Shown: positions 49,060 through 61,185, counted from the whole stretch's first letter. The stretch is 63,557 nt of DNA, filler included, from Octopus bimaculoides (GCF_001194135.2; 5 parts of 5 records of this genome joined end to end with filler, not necessarily neighbours in it), one strand, 5' to 3'. Notes: generated by a model from the sequence alone, not told the origin. Program-made: numbers and translations.

Positions 49060-50346
49060 TAAAATAATGTTTGCTAGTGTTTTATAAATACAAGGAATAG
49101 CTTTAATCAGAATAGCTTCTAATGAAGTCGGTGGATTATAGGTTATCTCATGTGACCCAGCAGGAATAAGCCGTTTGTCATGATTCATAATAGTATCACT
49201 GGTAGAACATCTTCCTGGTGCAGAGTATTCCTTAATTATTTCAACAGCCTCTTTAAAACTTTGACATATGGATTATAACAAATGCAGTGCTCTCTGCAAA
49301 TCTAGCAGGATGTTCTCATTAAGGTCGTTGTCAGTTCCTCTGAATGACAACCTTTTTCTAATCTCAGTTTCAGCGTCAACGAAATATAGCTGAACCTAGA
49401 CTGGCTTCCTATTTATTGCTGGTAGGAGACTTCCTATGCGGTGGTACAACATTCCTGGAATCTTGAAAGTAGGCATAAAAGTGCTACCACCCTGTGATCC
49501 AACTGGTGGATATCCAGTCAAGTGAAGCCATAGCCAGTAAATTATTGTAGTCGTGAATTTTGTTCAGGAACATTAGACCGCATAGTTTAACATCATAGTA
49601 CCTAGCTACTAATTCTCGGGGCTTTCTTTTAATCTGCGGAACTTTGTCATTGCTAGTGTTTCCTTTGCCACAGCAGAGGGTAGTTTTCTCATGACTCCAA
49701 AGGTAAGCTTAGCATCAGGTCATGTTCTGTTACAAACGTTTGTACAGTAGTGCAACATAATGCTTCGGTCTCGCTCTTTCTCATGAAAATCTGCCACATC
49801 AACTTCCATAGCCATTCTCTAAGTGTCAGCTCTTTGCTGGCCAAGTGTCGATTGCTATCGTGCCTGGTTGTTTCATTGCCGCTGCTGCATTTGTAGCACC
49901 GTCGTGTTTTCCTTAGAGTCCTGTTTCCTCAGCCGATCAATATTTGTCCGTACTTCTGTTTCTTGTGGTGTTACTATTGCATGGTTTTTCTGTGTTCTCA
50001 GCCGATTCACATTCCTCTGTGCTTCTCTTTTTCCTAGTCTTTCCATTGCGCGGGTTTGCTGTGTTCTCATCCGATTCGCATTTCTTCATGCTTCTGAATC
50101 TCCTGGTCTTTCCATTGCACGGGCTTCTTGTCTCCTCAGCCAATCTGCATTTCACCGTGGCTCTGTTTCTTCTGGTGTTTCCATTGCACATGTTTCTTTC
50201 ATTCTCCTTCGCTTTATTTCGAGACACTGAGAAGAGCTAGGTCCTTGTCTGATTTTTTCAATTAGCGTCTGTTGTCTTTGCTCAGCGATTTTTGTGAACG
50301 GCAATTTTTTTCGGGATAGGCTGTTGCCCTTTCTTTTTCTTGGCAT
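49060..50346 (-). mobile_element. Helitron RepHel 5' coding remnant (pseudogenised)
   Basis: MPRKRK start, ETPEETE-type charged repeats, IHDYNNLLAMASL, then FMPTFKIPGMLYHRIGSLLP...VQLYFVD, typical of the region upstream of the Helitron Rep motifs. Contains stops and frameshifts. Confidence 0.82.
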
Positions 50347-50485
50347 AGTGTACTGATGAAAGCGTGAATATTTATGACAATTATACAGTGAAAGTTTTGA
50401 GTCGATTCAGCTAGTATTTGAGCGAATTTCTCTGAACGGAAAGTTTTCAGGGTATTAATTGTCAATATTTCCCTTGGGTATTTAT

Positions 50486-50934
50486 TTACAATTGCACCAT
50501 TCTCGCTAAACACTATTTTAAACTGCGCTTTTTATGTCGTTGAATTGCTCTAAATGAATTTGTCCATAAAAATGTCGGAAATTTAGTATTTTTCAAACTA
50601 ATAATACAATTAGTCGATCCCATTTTCATGTAGTCGAATGCGCTAAGTTTCCGAAATTTTCATATTTTTTTACGTCTGCTCTTTCAGAATTCCCCGCATG
50701 CGTGAAACATCAAACGAAAGTACATTCAATAACATATTCATACACGGAACGACGTAAACAAGCATAACAATAGCTCCGACGGCCGGCGACATGAAAATAG
50801 GTCCTACAAATGTTATTAATGTCTTAAAAAATACTATATTTCTAACATTTTTATGGTCAAATTCGTTTAGAGCAATTCAATAGCATAAAAATCGCACTTT
50901 AAGATAGTGCTTATCGAATTTGGTGCAATTGTAA
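50486..50934. mobile_element. MITE-like element with ~108-bp imperfect inverted repeats
   Basis: 50486-50593 (TTACAATTGCACC...GAATTGCTCTAAA...TAGTATTTTT) is the reverse complement of 50826-50934, with scattered mismatches. Confidence 0.75.
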
Positions 50935-51313
50935 TTTTCACAGAAGACTAACAGCGTTTTTATGTTATTTTTTCTGCAAAATGGCAGCGATAGAGAGATT
51001 TGGAAGAATGCAGCCGATAAAGAGAGAATGAAGTAAGTGAAGTAGTAAATACGTGTGTGTGTGTGTGTGTGTTAGTGAGAGAGAGAGAGAGAGTTATGAG
51101 AGAATGAATTCAATACGTTATATATATGTGGGAGAGAAGCATCAAAATGACACCGAAGGAGTGCAAACGGTTAAGAGTGAGTGAGTTAACAGAAATAGTA
51201 ACTATGTAGGAGGGAGATAGAAGTAGTTGTGAGAGGTAACACTGTATGCAATTCTGAGATATGTATATATGTATACCTGCAAAATGAGAGAAGGCAGAAG
51301 GTGCATGTGAACA

Positions 51314-52071
51314 TACTCCTTTACTTATTTCAGTCATTTGGCTGCGGTCATGCAAGAGCACCGCTTTTAGTCGAAGAAATCGACACCAGGACTTTCAAAG
51401 TCTAGTACTTATCCTATAGATCAATTTTGGCGAAGCGCTCGGTTACAGGGACATAAACACACCAATATCGGCTGTGAAACGATGCTGAGAGGACAAACAC
51501 AGATACACAAACAGACACATATACATATTTTTATTATTTTTTTTTTTTTTTACTTGTTTCAGTCTTTTGACTGCGGCCATGCTGGAGCACCGCCTTTAGT
51601 CGAAGAAATCGACCCCAGGACTTATTCTTTGGAAGCCTAGTACTTATTCTATCGTTCTCTTTTGCCGAACCGCTAAGTTACGGGGACATAAACATACCAG
51701 CATCGGTTGTCAAGCNNNNNNNNNNATATACGACGGGCTTCTTTCAGTTTCCGTCTACCAAATCCACTCACAAGGCTTTGGTCGGCCCGAGGCTATAGTA
51801 GAAGGCACTTGCCCAAGATGCCACGCAGTGGGACTGAACCCGGGACCATGTGGCTGGTAAGCAAGCTACTTACCACACAGCCACTCCTACGCCTATATAT
51901 ATATATACGACGGGCTTCTTTCAGTTTCCATCTACCAAATCCACTCACATGGTTCTGGTCGGTACGTGACAATAGTAGAAGTCACTTGCCCAAAGTGCCA
52001 CGCAATGGGACTGAACCCGGATCCATGCGGCTGGAAAGCAATCGTCATATCACACAGCAACCCCTGTGCTT
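51314..52071 (-). mobile_element. Older SINE A interrupted by a younger full-length SINE A (51550-51894)
   Basis: Diverged tail 51314-51520, near-consensus copy 51550-51894, diverged head 51905-52071, all on the same strand. Confidence 0.85.
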
Positions 52072-53877
52072 GTACACATATTTTATAATCATAGTCAAAC
52101 TGTTGCATTTAATATTTCTAATTTGTTTATCCGCATAATTGAATCTCTCTATTTATTTATACGTATTATAATGTTGACAAAAGATTCTCTGGAACCCCCA
52201 TGGATGTAAAGACCAGATGCTAAGTGTAGGAAGCATTTCCAGCAAAACTTTTTTCTGCACGATCTAGTCTATCATGACGAACACGTCAACCACCACACGA
52301 AGAACAGCATGAACACAAGGAAACCAACACTAATAACAACAACGAAGACCTCCACCACCACAACAAGAGCAGCAACAACAAAGGCTATAAATGCGAAGTG
52401 GTCAAAGACAGGATGTTCATCGATGATTGGAGTTCAAGGAGCTAGAAGCATTAAAAGATGATGTCAATGGAAATAGTTACACGCTAGCAGCTCAGTCAAT
52501 TATTTTAAACACTGATTTTCCTCTTGCTACATAACCGCCCACACGCTATGCCCTTCCATTCTCTAATATGATTCATCGAACTTGTGAGAATCTAATTGCA
52601 GTTTTAATAATATTTTTTTGTTAATTTTTATTTTATATGAGTTAATTAGAAAAATAATTATTATTAAAAATTATGCCAGGATTTTCCTTCAAGAAATTGC
52701 CTGGGAAAATTTTAATTTCTTTTTTTTTTGTTTTATTTGAGAATCCCTTAAAAATACTTGAATTCACAAAGGATGTAAAGTGAAATTGTCACCTTTCATG
52801 ACGAGGATTATTAGCGAGAATAAAGGTAAGGGTCCTTAGGATAATTGTTTTATTTTCCTTTTGTTTTTTTTAATTATTTATTTATTTTTTTTATTTGAAA
52901 CTAGGGATCGCTCACATTAAATGTCAAGTTAATGAAGAAACAAGAGAAAGGTTGAGTGAGCGCGATGAGGAGAGATGGAAGATAGATTGGCAGAATGAGG
53001 AGGCGGGACAGAGAAGAGCGGATGTGGGTTAGAGAGGTAGGAAACAGAGTGGGAGAAAGAAGAGAATGAGAGACGAGGAGATGAAGAGAAAGAGAGAGGA
53101 TGTGATACAGGTAGAAAGAGAGAGATAAAATGACAAGGAGGGATAAAAGGAGGAAGTGGGTAGGAAATTAGTTGGAGTGGGAGAGAGAGGGGGGGGAAAG
53201 TGGATAAGAAAAGAGAAACCAAAGGTGAGTGGTAGAGAGGGTAAGAGGAATTGAGGAAGACAAAGTCTTGCTCTCTATCTGCCTATGTCTCTATCAAATG
53301 ATAAATATGTGTGTGTGTGTGTGTGTGTGCAAGCATGCAAATATATACATAAACACACACATGTATATATNNNNNNNNNNNNNNNNNNNNNNNNNNNNNN
53401 NNNNNNNNNNNNNNTTAATTAATTAANNNNNNNNNNNNNNNNNNNNNNNNNNNNNNNNNNNNNNNNNNNNTATATATATATATATATATATATACGTATG
53501 TATAGGGATAGTAATGAATGTTTATATAGACACTGTAGAATTACATTGCATATGTTTAATGGAGATTCTCCTGTGGCTAAGTTCAGAAATTGTTATATTC
53601 ACCAGCATCTAATTAAACACAACTTACGCAATACTAAAAATGTTGTTGAGCGATTTGAAGGCATCATGCGGTCTGATAGATAAACTAAGGATATTAGATA
53701 CAAAGATTAATCATAAAGTCACCTGTTTTTTAATTGATCTTGGTAATTATATAATTTACTATATTTAACGTCCATACTTAAAGTGATGAAAATACATACA
53801 CACATACGCACACGCATAAACACATATCTTCAGATAATTATATGTATTACGACCATACGATTACGGCCATGTGTATG

Positions 53878-53916
<39 letters not shown>

Positions 53917-53920
<4 letters not shown>

Positions 53921-56081
53921 GGAATGTACAAAAGAAAAAATAGTCGAAGACGGGTGTGTAAGCAACACACCGATGTATTAGTTTTAACGCTCGGGAAGTG
54001 AGAAAGTCTTTTACGCTTCGAGCCTACGCTCTTTAATAGAAAGGAACACAGAAATAAGCAGAGATAGAAAATAAAAAAAAGGTTTAGTGGCTATCGATCA
54101 ATCATAGCGACTGCCGGACAGAGGTGGTCAAATAGGAGAGCCAGGAAGAAACGGAGATAAAAGTAGTGGTGATCCCAAAACGAAGGTGTGCGTGCGTATG
54201 TATGTGAGAGCATGTATGTGCGTGTGGATAGGGGCTGGTGACCTTGATGCGTGTGTGCATGTGTAAGTGTGTGGATGATGGTGTGGGTGCTGGGAGGTGT
54301 GTGCGTGGTGGTGTGATATGGTGTGGTGTGTTATGGTGGTGGGTGGGGTGAGGGGTTGGGGTCGTGGTATGCGGGAGTGGGGTGTTAGAATGGGTGTGGG
54401 GTATGTGGGAGTGGAATATGTGGGATGGGGTGGGGTAATGATGGAGGGAGAGGTGACGATGAAATGGAGCGGGTGGAAAGGAGAAGGTAGGTAGGAGTGA
54501 AGAGAGGAAGTAGGTGTCAAAACAAAAGAGGAGAGGTGGATCGGATTGAAGGGAGGAAATAGGTGTGAAAGGAAGACAGGAGAGGGGGTTAGATGAAGAG
54601 GGGAGGAGAGTTGAGCCCAATTCCTATTCACAGCGAAGACGGGAGCCCTGATGGCCCATACGTAAGGACAATCCGAACACAACCAGGTGTTGTAAAGAGT
54701 GACCAGTAGAGCGGAAATGGCGCGAAACTGGGGTGTCGTTGCCGAGTTTGATGTCTCGGAGGTGTTCCGCGAACTGATCAGCCAAGCGGCGTCCCGTTTG
54801 ACCGATTTACAGAGAAGGACTGAGAGACAGCAGGATATGCATTAGATGACGTTGCTAGAAGTGCAGGTGAAGGAGTCAGTGATATGATAGGGTCGATGAT
54901 GGGTACCGGTGAGGGTGGTGGTGTTGGAGAGGTAAGGGCAAGTGCGGCAGCGTGGGCAGGAGCAGGAGAACAAGTCGGGCTGGAAACTTGGGTTAGGGAA
55001 GAAACTGTGGATCAGGAGGTCACGTAGGTTATGGGCTCGTTTGATGGAGGTGAGGGGTTGGTTAGGGAAGATGTGAGAAGTGGAGGGGCTGGACTGGAGT
55101 CGCCGGAAGGCTGGAAGAATGGCGCGTTGGAGGGGCAGAGTGGAAGGGTGGTAGGTGAAGGGAAACAGATGACGGGCAACAGCGGGGTGGGTTCGAAGAG
55201 AGAGAGAGCAAAGTCACGGCCCACGGAAGTGCTCTGACAAGGGCGATGTGGATAGTGTTGAGTGGATAACCACGTAAGATGAAGTGGCGACCTATGAGTT
55301 GAGACTGAGTCTCATAGTCATGGCTGTCACTGCAGAGCCTGCGCAGACGGAGGAATTGGGTATAGAGGATGGAGAGCTTAGTGTGTTTAGGGTTGGAGGA
55401 GGAGAAATTGAGGTATGAGTATGTGTCTGTGTGTTTGTAGTGGATGGAGGTGGTGTGATGAATGCTGACCGAAATGTCCAGAAAGGCGACGGAAATGTCG
55501 GAAATTGTGCAGGAGAAGTGGAGGGCAGGATGGGAAGATCTGACAAAAGAGAGGAAGGAGTCTAGTTGTTCGCGGGAGAGTGAGGTCGCACCGATACAGT
55601 CGTGAATATAACGACCATATAGTTCGGGAGTGGGACCAGTGAAACTTGAGAATATTTGGGCCTCAACGTAGTCAATGAAGAGGTTCGCATAGTTGGGGGC
55701 CATTCTCGTTCCCATGGCCACTCCCGAGAAATGCTGGAAAAAATCACCTGCGAACGCGAAGCAGTTAAGGGAGAGAACAATTTCAGCCAGACGAAGAAGT
55801 GTGGATGTGTCAGTTCGGGGGTTGGGCCGGAGGTCAAGTTAGTGTTGGAGTGCACGAAGCCCCTCGTTGTGAGGGATCACTGTGTATAGGCTCTTGATGT
55901 CAAGAGTGAAGAGAATTTTAGAGGGGCTAGGAAGGAAAGAGAAAGAGTTGAACAGACGAAGAGCATGGTTGGTGTCATGGATGTGAGAGGGGAGGAAGCC
56001 ACTAGGGGGGAGAGTACAGACCAAGGATATCTTGATTAGATTAAGGGTTACATTATCGCAAGGAGGTACATGTTGACGCAA
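53917..56081 (-). mobile_element. Penelope-like element, Neptune-type (RT, Cys-rich linker, GIY-YIG endonuclease, 3' tail), 5'-truncated and pseudogenised
   Basis: LPSHIHDTNHAL, LFTLDIKSLYTVIPH, AMGTRMAPNYANLF, RYIHDC, AFLDI, HYKHTD; linker CSCPRCRTCPY; EN FTCTSSNVI*CISC...IGQTGRRLADQFAEH, with in-frame stops. Confidence 0.92.
54008..54044 (-). ncRNA. Decayed minimal hammerhead remnant in the PLE 3' tail
   Basis: CTTT-CTATTAAA-GAGC GTAG GCTC-GAAG CGT A-AAAG. Stems I and II are intact; the core is mutated. Confidence 0.45.
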
Positions 56082-56789
56082 GGAAGATTCAATCAGAATG
56101 TGTAGAGAGCACAGTATGATGAGAGGAGTATATAAATGTAGGGATAAAAGAGTATTAGAAGGGAAAGAAAATATAAGGGAGAGGAAGGAAGAATTTAAGC
56201 AAGGTCAGTTGACTGATCGTAAATAATATAGTTGTTTTGGCTGAATCACAAAATTTAGCAAGGAGGTGGTATTTAAAGAGAAGATAATTTGGAGGGTAGA
56301 GGGTGGGGAAATATTTTTGGTCGTTGGGGAGAGAAAAAGTGTGTATAAATAGAGTGAGGAATTTAAGCACGGTTATTTGAATGTTGATATTTTCTGGCCG
56401 AATAACGGAAATTAGTACGGGAGTGGTATTGTAAAAAAGACAAAACAAAAATAGAAAAAGACACAGTATGAAGTGGAGGAGGGGTATGTCGGCGTATGTA
56501 CTTGTAAGTTTACGGATGGAGGAGGTAAGAGGGGAGATGGAGTTAAAATAAAAGGAAACAAAAAATTCTTTTAGATGTTAAGGAAAAATACGAAGAGCTG
56601 TTTGTAATTAACAATCAAGGAATTAAAGGGGAGAAATGTTGTTAGTAGTGATGGTGGATAAGAGGGAAAATGTATGAAGTTTAGTGAGAGGAAAGAGAGG
56701 GAATAGCTGTAACTATTTGCATTTTTTGAATAGATTTAGTGACTGATGTTTGCAGGTGAATATTGCTGTGTTCATTGAGACAATCCGTG

Positions 56790-57670
56790 GATTACAAAAT
56801 AGCGAAGGTCTCGGCTATGCATAGATCACATTTGTTAATATAGCTGTTGTAAGGCTTTGCGAGGGTGATTATGGACCACTTGAGAGAGTAAGGAGTTGAA
56901 TCAAGCGTTAGTTTACTGATAAGTTGAGATAACGATGTACTGTTGGATTTGGTTTGGGACTTGAAGCTGGAGTAGTGGTTGTTCACTATAGATTTGAAGG
57001 TGCTGCAACATAATCCGATATAAATGTAGTTACAGTTGGCAGTAGATACTGTGCATTTATAAACTATGTTTTTCTTTTGAGATAGCGGTTATCTAAAAGA
57101 CCGGCGGTTGGACATCTGCAGCTGCATAGGTTTATAGGAGGTATTCCGGATGAACTTGTGAGAGAATTACTATTTAGCGATGAATCGGTGTTTGGTTCGT
57201 TATTATTGCTGATGTTAAGATTAGTATTTTCTTAGAAGTTGAGAGTGGTGTTGCTGGGTTGTATAGTATGATAATTATTGTGTCCGCTGTTGTCCTCTGT
57301 GTTGTTCTCTATTTTTACAGGAGATATAGTTGGGCGTTGTGGTAAATTTAAGGATCAGGTGTTAGCAGTGGCATTATAGTTGTAGTTATGAATGTTATTG
57401 TTAAGGGGGTCAGTTGGTGTATAGAGTCTATATGTATGAAGCTGGAGGTTATGTTGAGCTAATTTATTAGGGTAGAGGTTAGCTGGTTTTGAATTTTGGG
57501 GTTTCTTGTTCTTAAGATGCCGGAAAACTCCGGCAATGATGGTGGTGGAGCAGTAGGCAGTTTTAGAGATTGGGGGTTAAATAGTTTCCTAAGGGGGCTA
57601 GACATAAGGAAATGTCTTTTCTAGCAGAGCGAAGAAGAGTCTGGGTACTCGAGTAAAAATAGAAGTCAAA
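56790..57670 (-). mobile_element. Second Penelope-like fragment of a different type (RT thumb and GIY-YIG with KCxLC), pseudogenised
   Basis: PRLFFALLEKTFP..PLRKLFNPQSLKTAYCS; CSCRC..; NIVYKCTV...YIGLCCSTFK..VNNHYSSFK...STSLS...KWSII..AKPYN...KCDLCIAE. Confidence 0.85.
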
Positions 57671-57787
57671 AATACTTCTATGCCACCGAATAGTCACAAA
57701 TCTACTACAGACATGACACGAAAAAATTTCAGTGAACAATAATAATGTCTTACTTCTGCTAGGTCAGAACAAGTAATACTGGTCAAC

Positions 57788-57843
57788 TTGGTACCGGTTT
57801 CGAAATTTAGCGCCAAATAAGCGCCTGATTTCTTATCAGCCAA
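57788..57843 (-). ncRNA. Type I hammerhead-like motif upstream of the second PLE fragment
   Basis: TTGG-CTGATAA-GAAAT cAGGCGC ttatttg GCGCT aa ATTTC-GAAAC CG GT-A-CCAA. Palindromic ACCGGT stem III; G8 reads A. Confidence 0.7.
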
Positions 57844-58110
57844 AAGTCTGCCAGCTTTTACAACTAAAATTATCCCCCACCATGCCTGCAAAAGTTCGTT
57901 TCAAGTGACCAAACACTATGCCTGCAAAAGTTCTTTTCAAGTGACCAAACGAAATGCGTGAAATTATTTATAAATATATATAGGGATGGTATTATTAAAA
58001 TATATAATATAATGATTAAAAATGTGTTAAAGAATTTTCTTCGTCATCTGCTTTTCATTGGGTATATATATAAATGTACATATGTATGTATGTGTGTGTG
58101 TGTGTGTGTG

Positions 58111-58348
58111 CTTACTCTTTTACTCTTTTACTCCTTTACTTGTTTCAGTCATTTGACTGCGGCCATGCTGGAGCACCGCCTTTATATTTAAAGAGTACAG
58201 CAGGGTTCGCCACCATCCCCTGCCGGAGCCTCGTGGAGCTTTAGGTGTTTTCGCTCAATAAACACTCACAGCGCCCGGTCTGGGAATCGAAACCACGATC
58301 CTAAGACCACGAGTCCGCTGCCCTAACCACTGGGCCATTGCGCCTCCA
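58111..58348 (-). mobile_element. Chimera or juxtaposition: SINE C head (58190-58348) joined to SINE A tail (58111-58182)
   Basis: Near-consensus C head followed after a few nt by AGGCGGTGCTCCAGCATGGCCGCAGTCAAATGACTGAAACAAG. Confidence 0.85.
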
Positions 58349-61150
58349 TTGCTTGTATATATTTGGATACAAACTCTAGTTGGTCCTTAGAATAATGAAA
58401 CGAGAAATGCACATTAACGAGTGCGATGGTCAATGAACCTAGTTAGTTAATATTGTTTATCTTGCTCATTATCGTTGGTGGAATTTTATTTTTCTGTGAT
58501 ATTTCTATGTGCTTGCAACTTAGACAGCAATTATTTCTAGCTGTCAACTGCACTTATTTTTCAGCTGCATATCAGTTCTAATAGAGAAGGGCTATTTTAT
58601 AAAAGACACGCAATCGTATATGTAGGTAATTATTCATCTCTGTATATGTGTGTACATATTTATACACATACATGTAGACATATATGAATATATGTATATA
58701 TATATATGCGTGTGTGTGTGTGTTTGTTTGTATGTGTGTGTGTGTGCGTGTGTGTACTGTGTGCGCGTGTTTGCATGTTTGTGAAGCTGTGTATGTCCAT
58801 AATTAATGAATACCAACTATGATCTTCACTTCCATTGCTGACACTCAAAACAAGTTATTGTATGTTGACAGCTGTTCTTTGTTGTAGTGCTTGAGGTCAG
58901 TTCTGATAAAAGAGAGCTCCGATAGATATAAACGTGTTTGTATATTTGTGATTGGGTTATGCCTGTGTGTGAAAGTATGAGGATCATTTGTAAGAAAAGA
59001 CAAGCTTTACGTTTACAGGGTAATGTGCTCAGTTCCTTCACTGAGCAAGGCATTCAATCATCGAGTAAAGTACTCCTTTCTCGTTTCTCTTCTTTATTCA
59101 ACCGGAGTGAGTACCAGTCGAGCGCTAGTGCAGCGACTTCTTTCTGTAACGGTCGAGATGTTTAGCTAGTCAATGTATGGGAGGGACAAGTGGGTGTCTA
59201 CGGTCTCCTAGCGACTGCACATACACCTAAAATTAGTAACAAGAGGTTGGTGCATGCTTCTTAGTCATCCACGTTTGCGAGTGGCAGTCATAGTTATGTA
59301 TGTATGCATATATGTAGTGCGTGTATGTGTGTGTGTGTGGTGTCTCCATATGTGATTGCGTGTGTGCATGTGGGTTTATACAAACACACACACACACACA
59401 CACACACAGACATACATACACATAGGTCAAAACTGACCGTGTCTCGTTCAGCTTAACAGAACTTGTTAGGTTAAGTTTTCCTATTGCTGTCTGCGGCACC
59501 TCAATTATCATTAAGTTTCATTTGCTATGTGTAAACCACAAGTGGCAGTGTTAGCTATATGTGTATATATCCGTGTATGCATATCAGCCTATCTTTATCG
59601 TTCTCAACCTATTTCGCTTTCTGTCTCACTTGGTCACTCTCTCTTGCTCTCTCTCTCTCTTTCGCTTTCTCTTACTCTTTATATGTATTAATATATATTT
59701 ATGTACAGACACACATCGATATATATATANNNNNNNNNNNNNNNNNNNNNNNNNNNNNNNNNNNNNNNNNNNNNNNNNNNNNNNNNNNNNNNNNNNNNNN
59801 NNNNNNNNNNNNNNNNNNNNNNNNNNNNNNNNNNNNNNNNNNNNNNNNNNNNNNNNNNNNNNNNNNNNNNNNNNNNNNNNNNNNNNNNNNNNNNNNNNNN
59901 NNNNNNNNNNNNNNNNNNNNNNNNNNNNNNNNNNNNNNNNNNNNNNNNNNNNNNNNNNNNNNNNNNNNNNNNNNNNNNNNNNNNNNNNNNNNNNNNNNNN
60001 NNNNNNNNNNNNNNNNNNNNNNNNNNNNNNNNNNNNNNNNNNNNNNNNNNNNNNNNNNNNNNNNNNNNNNNNNNNNNNNNNNNNNNNNNNNNNNNNNNNN
60101 NNNNNNNNNNNNNNNNNNNNNNNNNNNNNNNNNNNNNNNNNNNNNNNNNNNNNNNNNNNNNNNNNNNNNNNNNNNNNNNNNNNNNNNNNNNNNNNNNNNN
60201 NNNNNNNNNNNNNNNNNNNNNNNNNNNNNNNNNNNNNNNNNNNNNNNNNNNNNNNNNNNNNNNNNNNNNNNNNNNNNNNNNNNNNNNNNNNNNNNNNNNN
60301 NNNNNNNNNNNNNNNNNNNNNNNNNNNNNNNNNNNNNNNNNNNNNNNNNNNNNNNNNNNNNNNNNNNNNNNNNNNNNNNNNNNNNNNNNNNNNNNNNNNN
60401 NNNNNNNNNNNNNNNNNNNNNNNNNNNNNNNNNNNNNNNNNNNNNNNNNNNNNNNNNNNNNNNNNNNNNNNNNNNNNNNNNNNNNNNNNNNNNNNNNNNN
60501 NNNNNNNNNNNNNNNNNNNNNNNNNNNNNNNNNNNNNNNNNNNNNNNNNNNNNNNNNNNNNNNNNNNNNNNNNNNNNNNNNNNNNNNNNNNNNNNNNNNN
60601 NNNNNNNNNNNNNNNNNNNNNNNNNNNNNNNNNNNNNNNNNNNNNNNNAATATTAGGGATAAAAATCCAAATTTACAGGTAAAAACTCAATTAACTTCAA
60701 TTTATCAAAAGTTAACATTTTTCTATATGTGACTGGATTTTCATGGATGAGTCCATGAAATTTGGTTCTTTTCTCTAAATTATATATATATATACCATTA
60801 ATTAAATATATTCTTTTAGAATATTGTATAAATAACTAGATTGGTAGATAAAGTAATTAAAATATTTTTGATTATATACATATTTACACGACATATATTA
60901 TACATTAAACGATTGATAAAATGTTTTTCTTAAAATTTGAACCTGTACACATTTAAGCTACAATAAATAGACCTTCACAGTTGTAATAAAAAAAATATAA
61001 TTTAGAAATAAATTGGTATCATCCAGTCATACAAATAAAAATTTAATATTAATAACTTTGAACACAAAAATCAACCTTTTACATCTCAAATATAAAATGC
61101 AGGATAAGGTACTGTTTACACAAAATTGTCATGGATTACCAAGATGAACT

Positions 61151-61185
<35 letters not shown>

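Noticed and set aside
55062-57130. PLE with an N-terminal endonuclease (Naiad/Chlamys-type permuted order)
   Set aside because: The upstream GIY-YIG is itself preceded by an RT-thumb remnant and the RT has its own downstream GIY-YIG; two C-terminal-EN elements explain it better.
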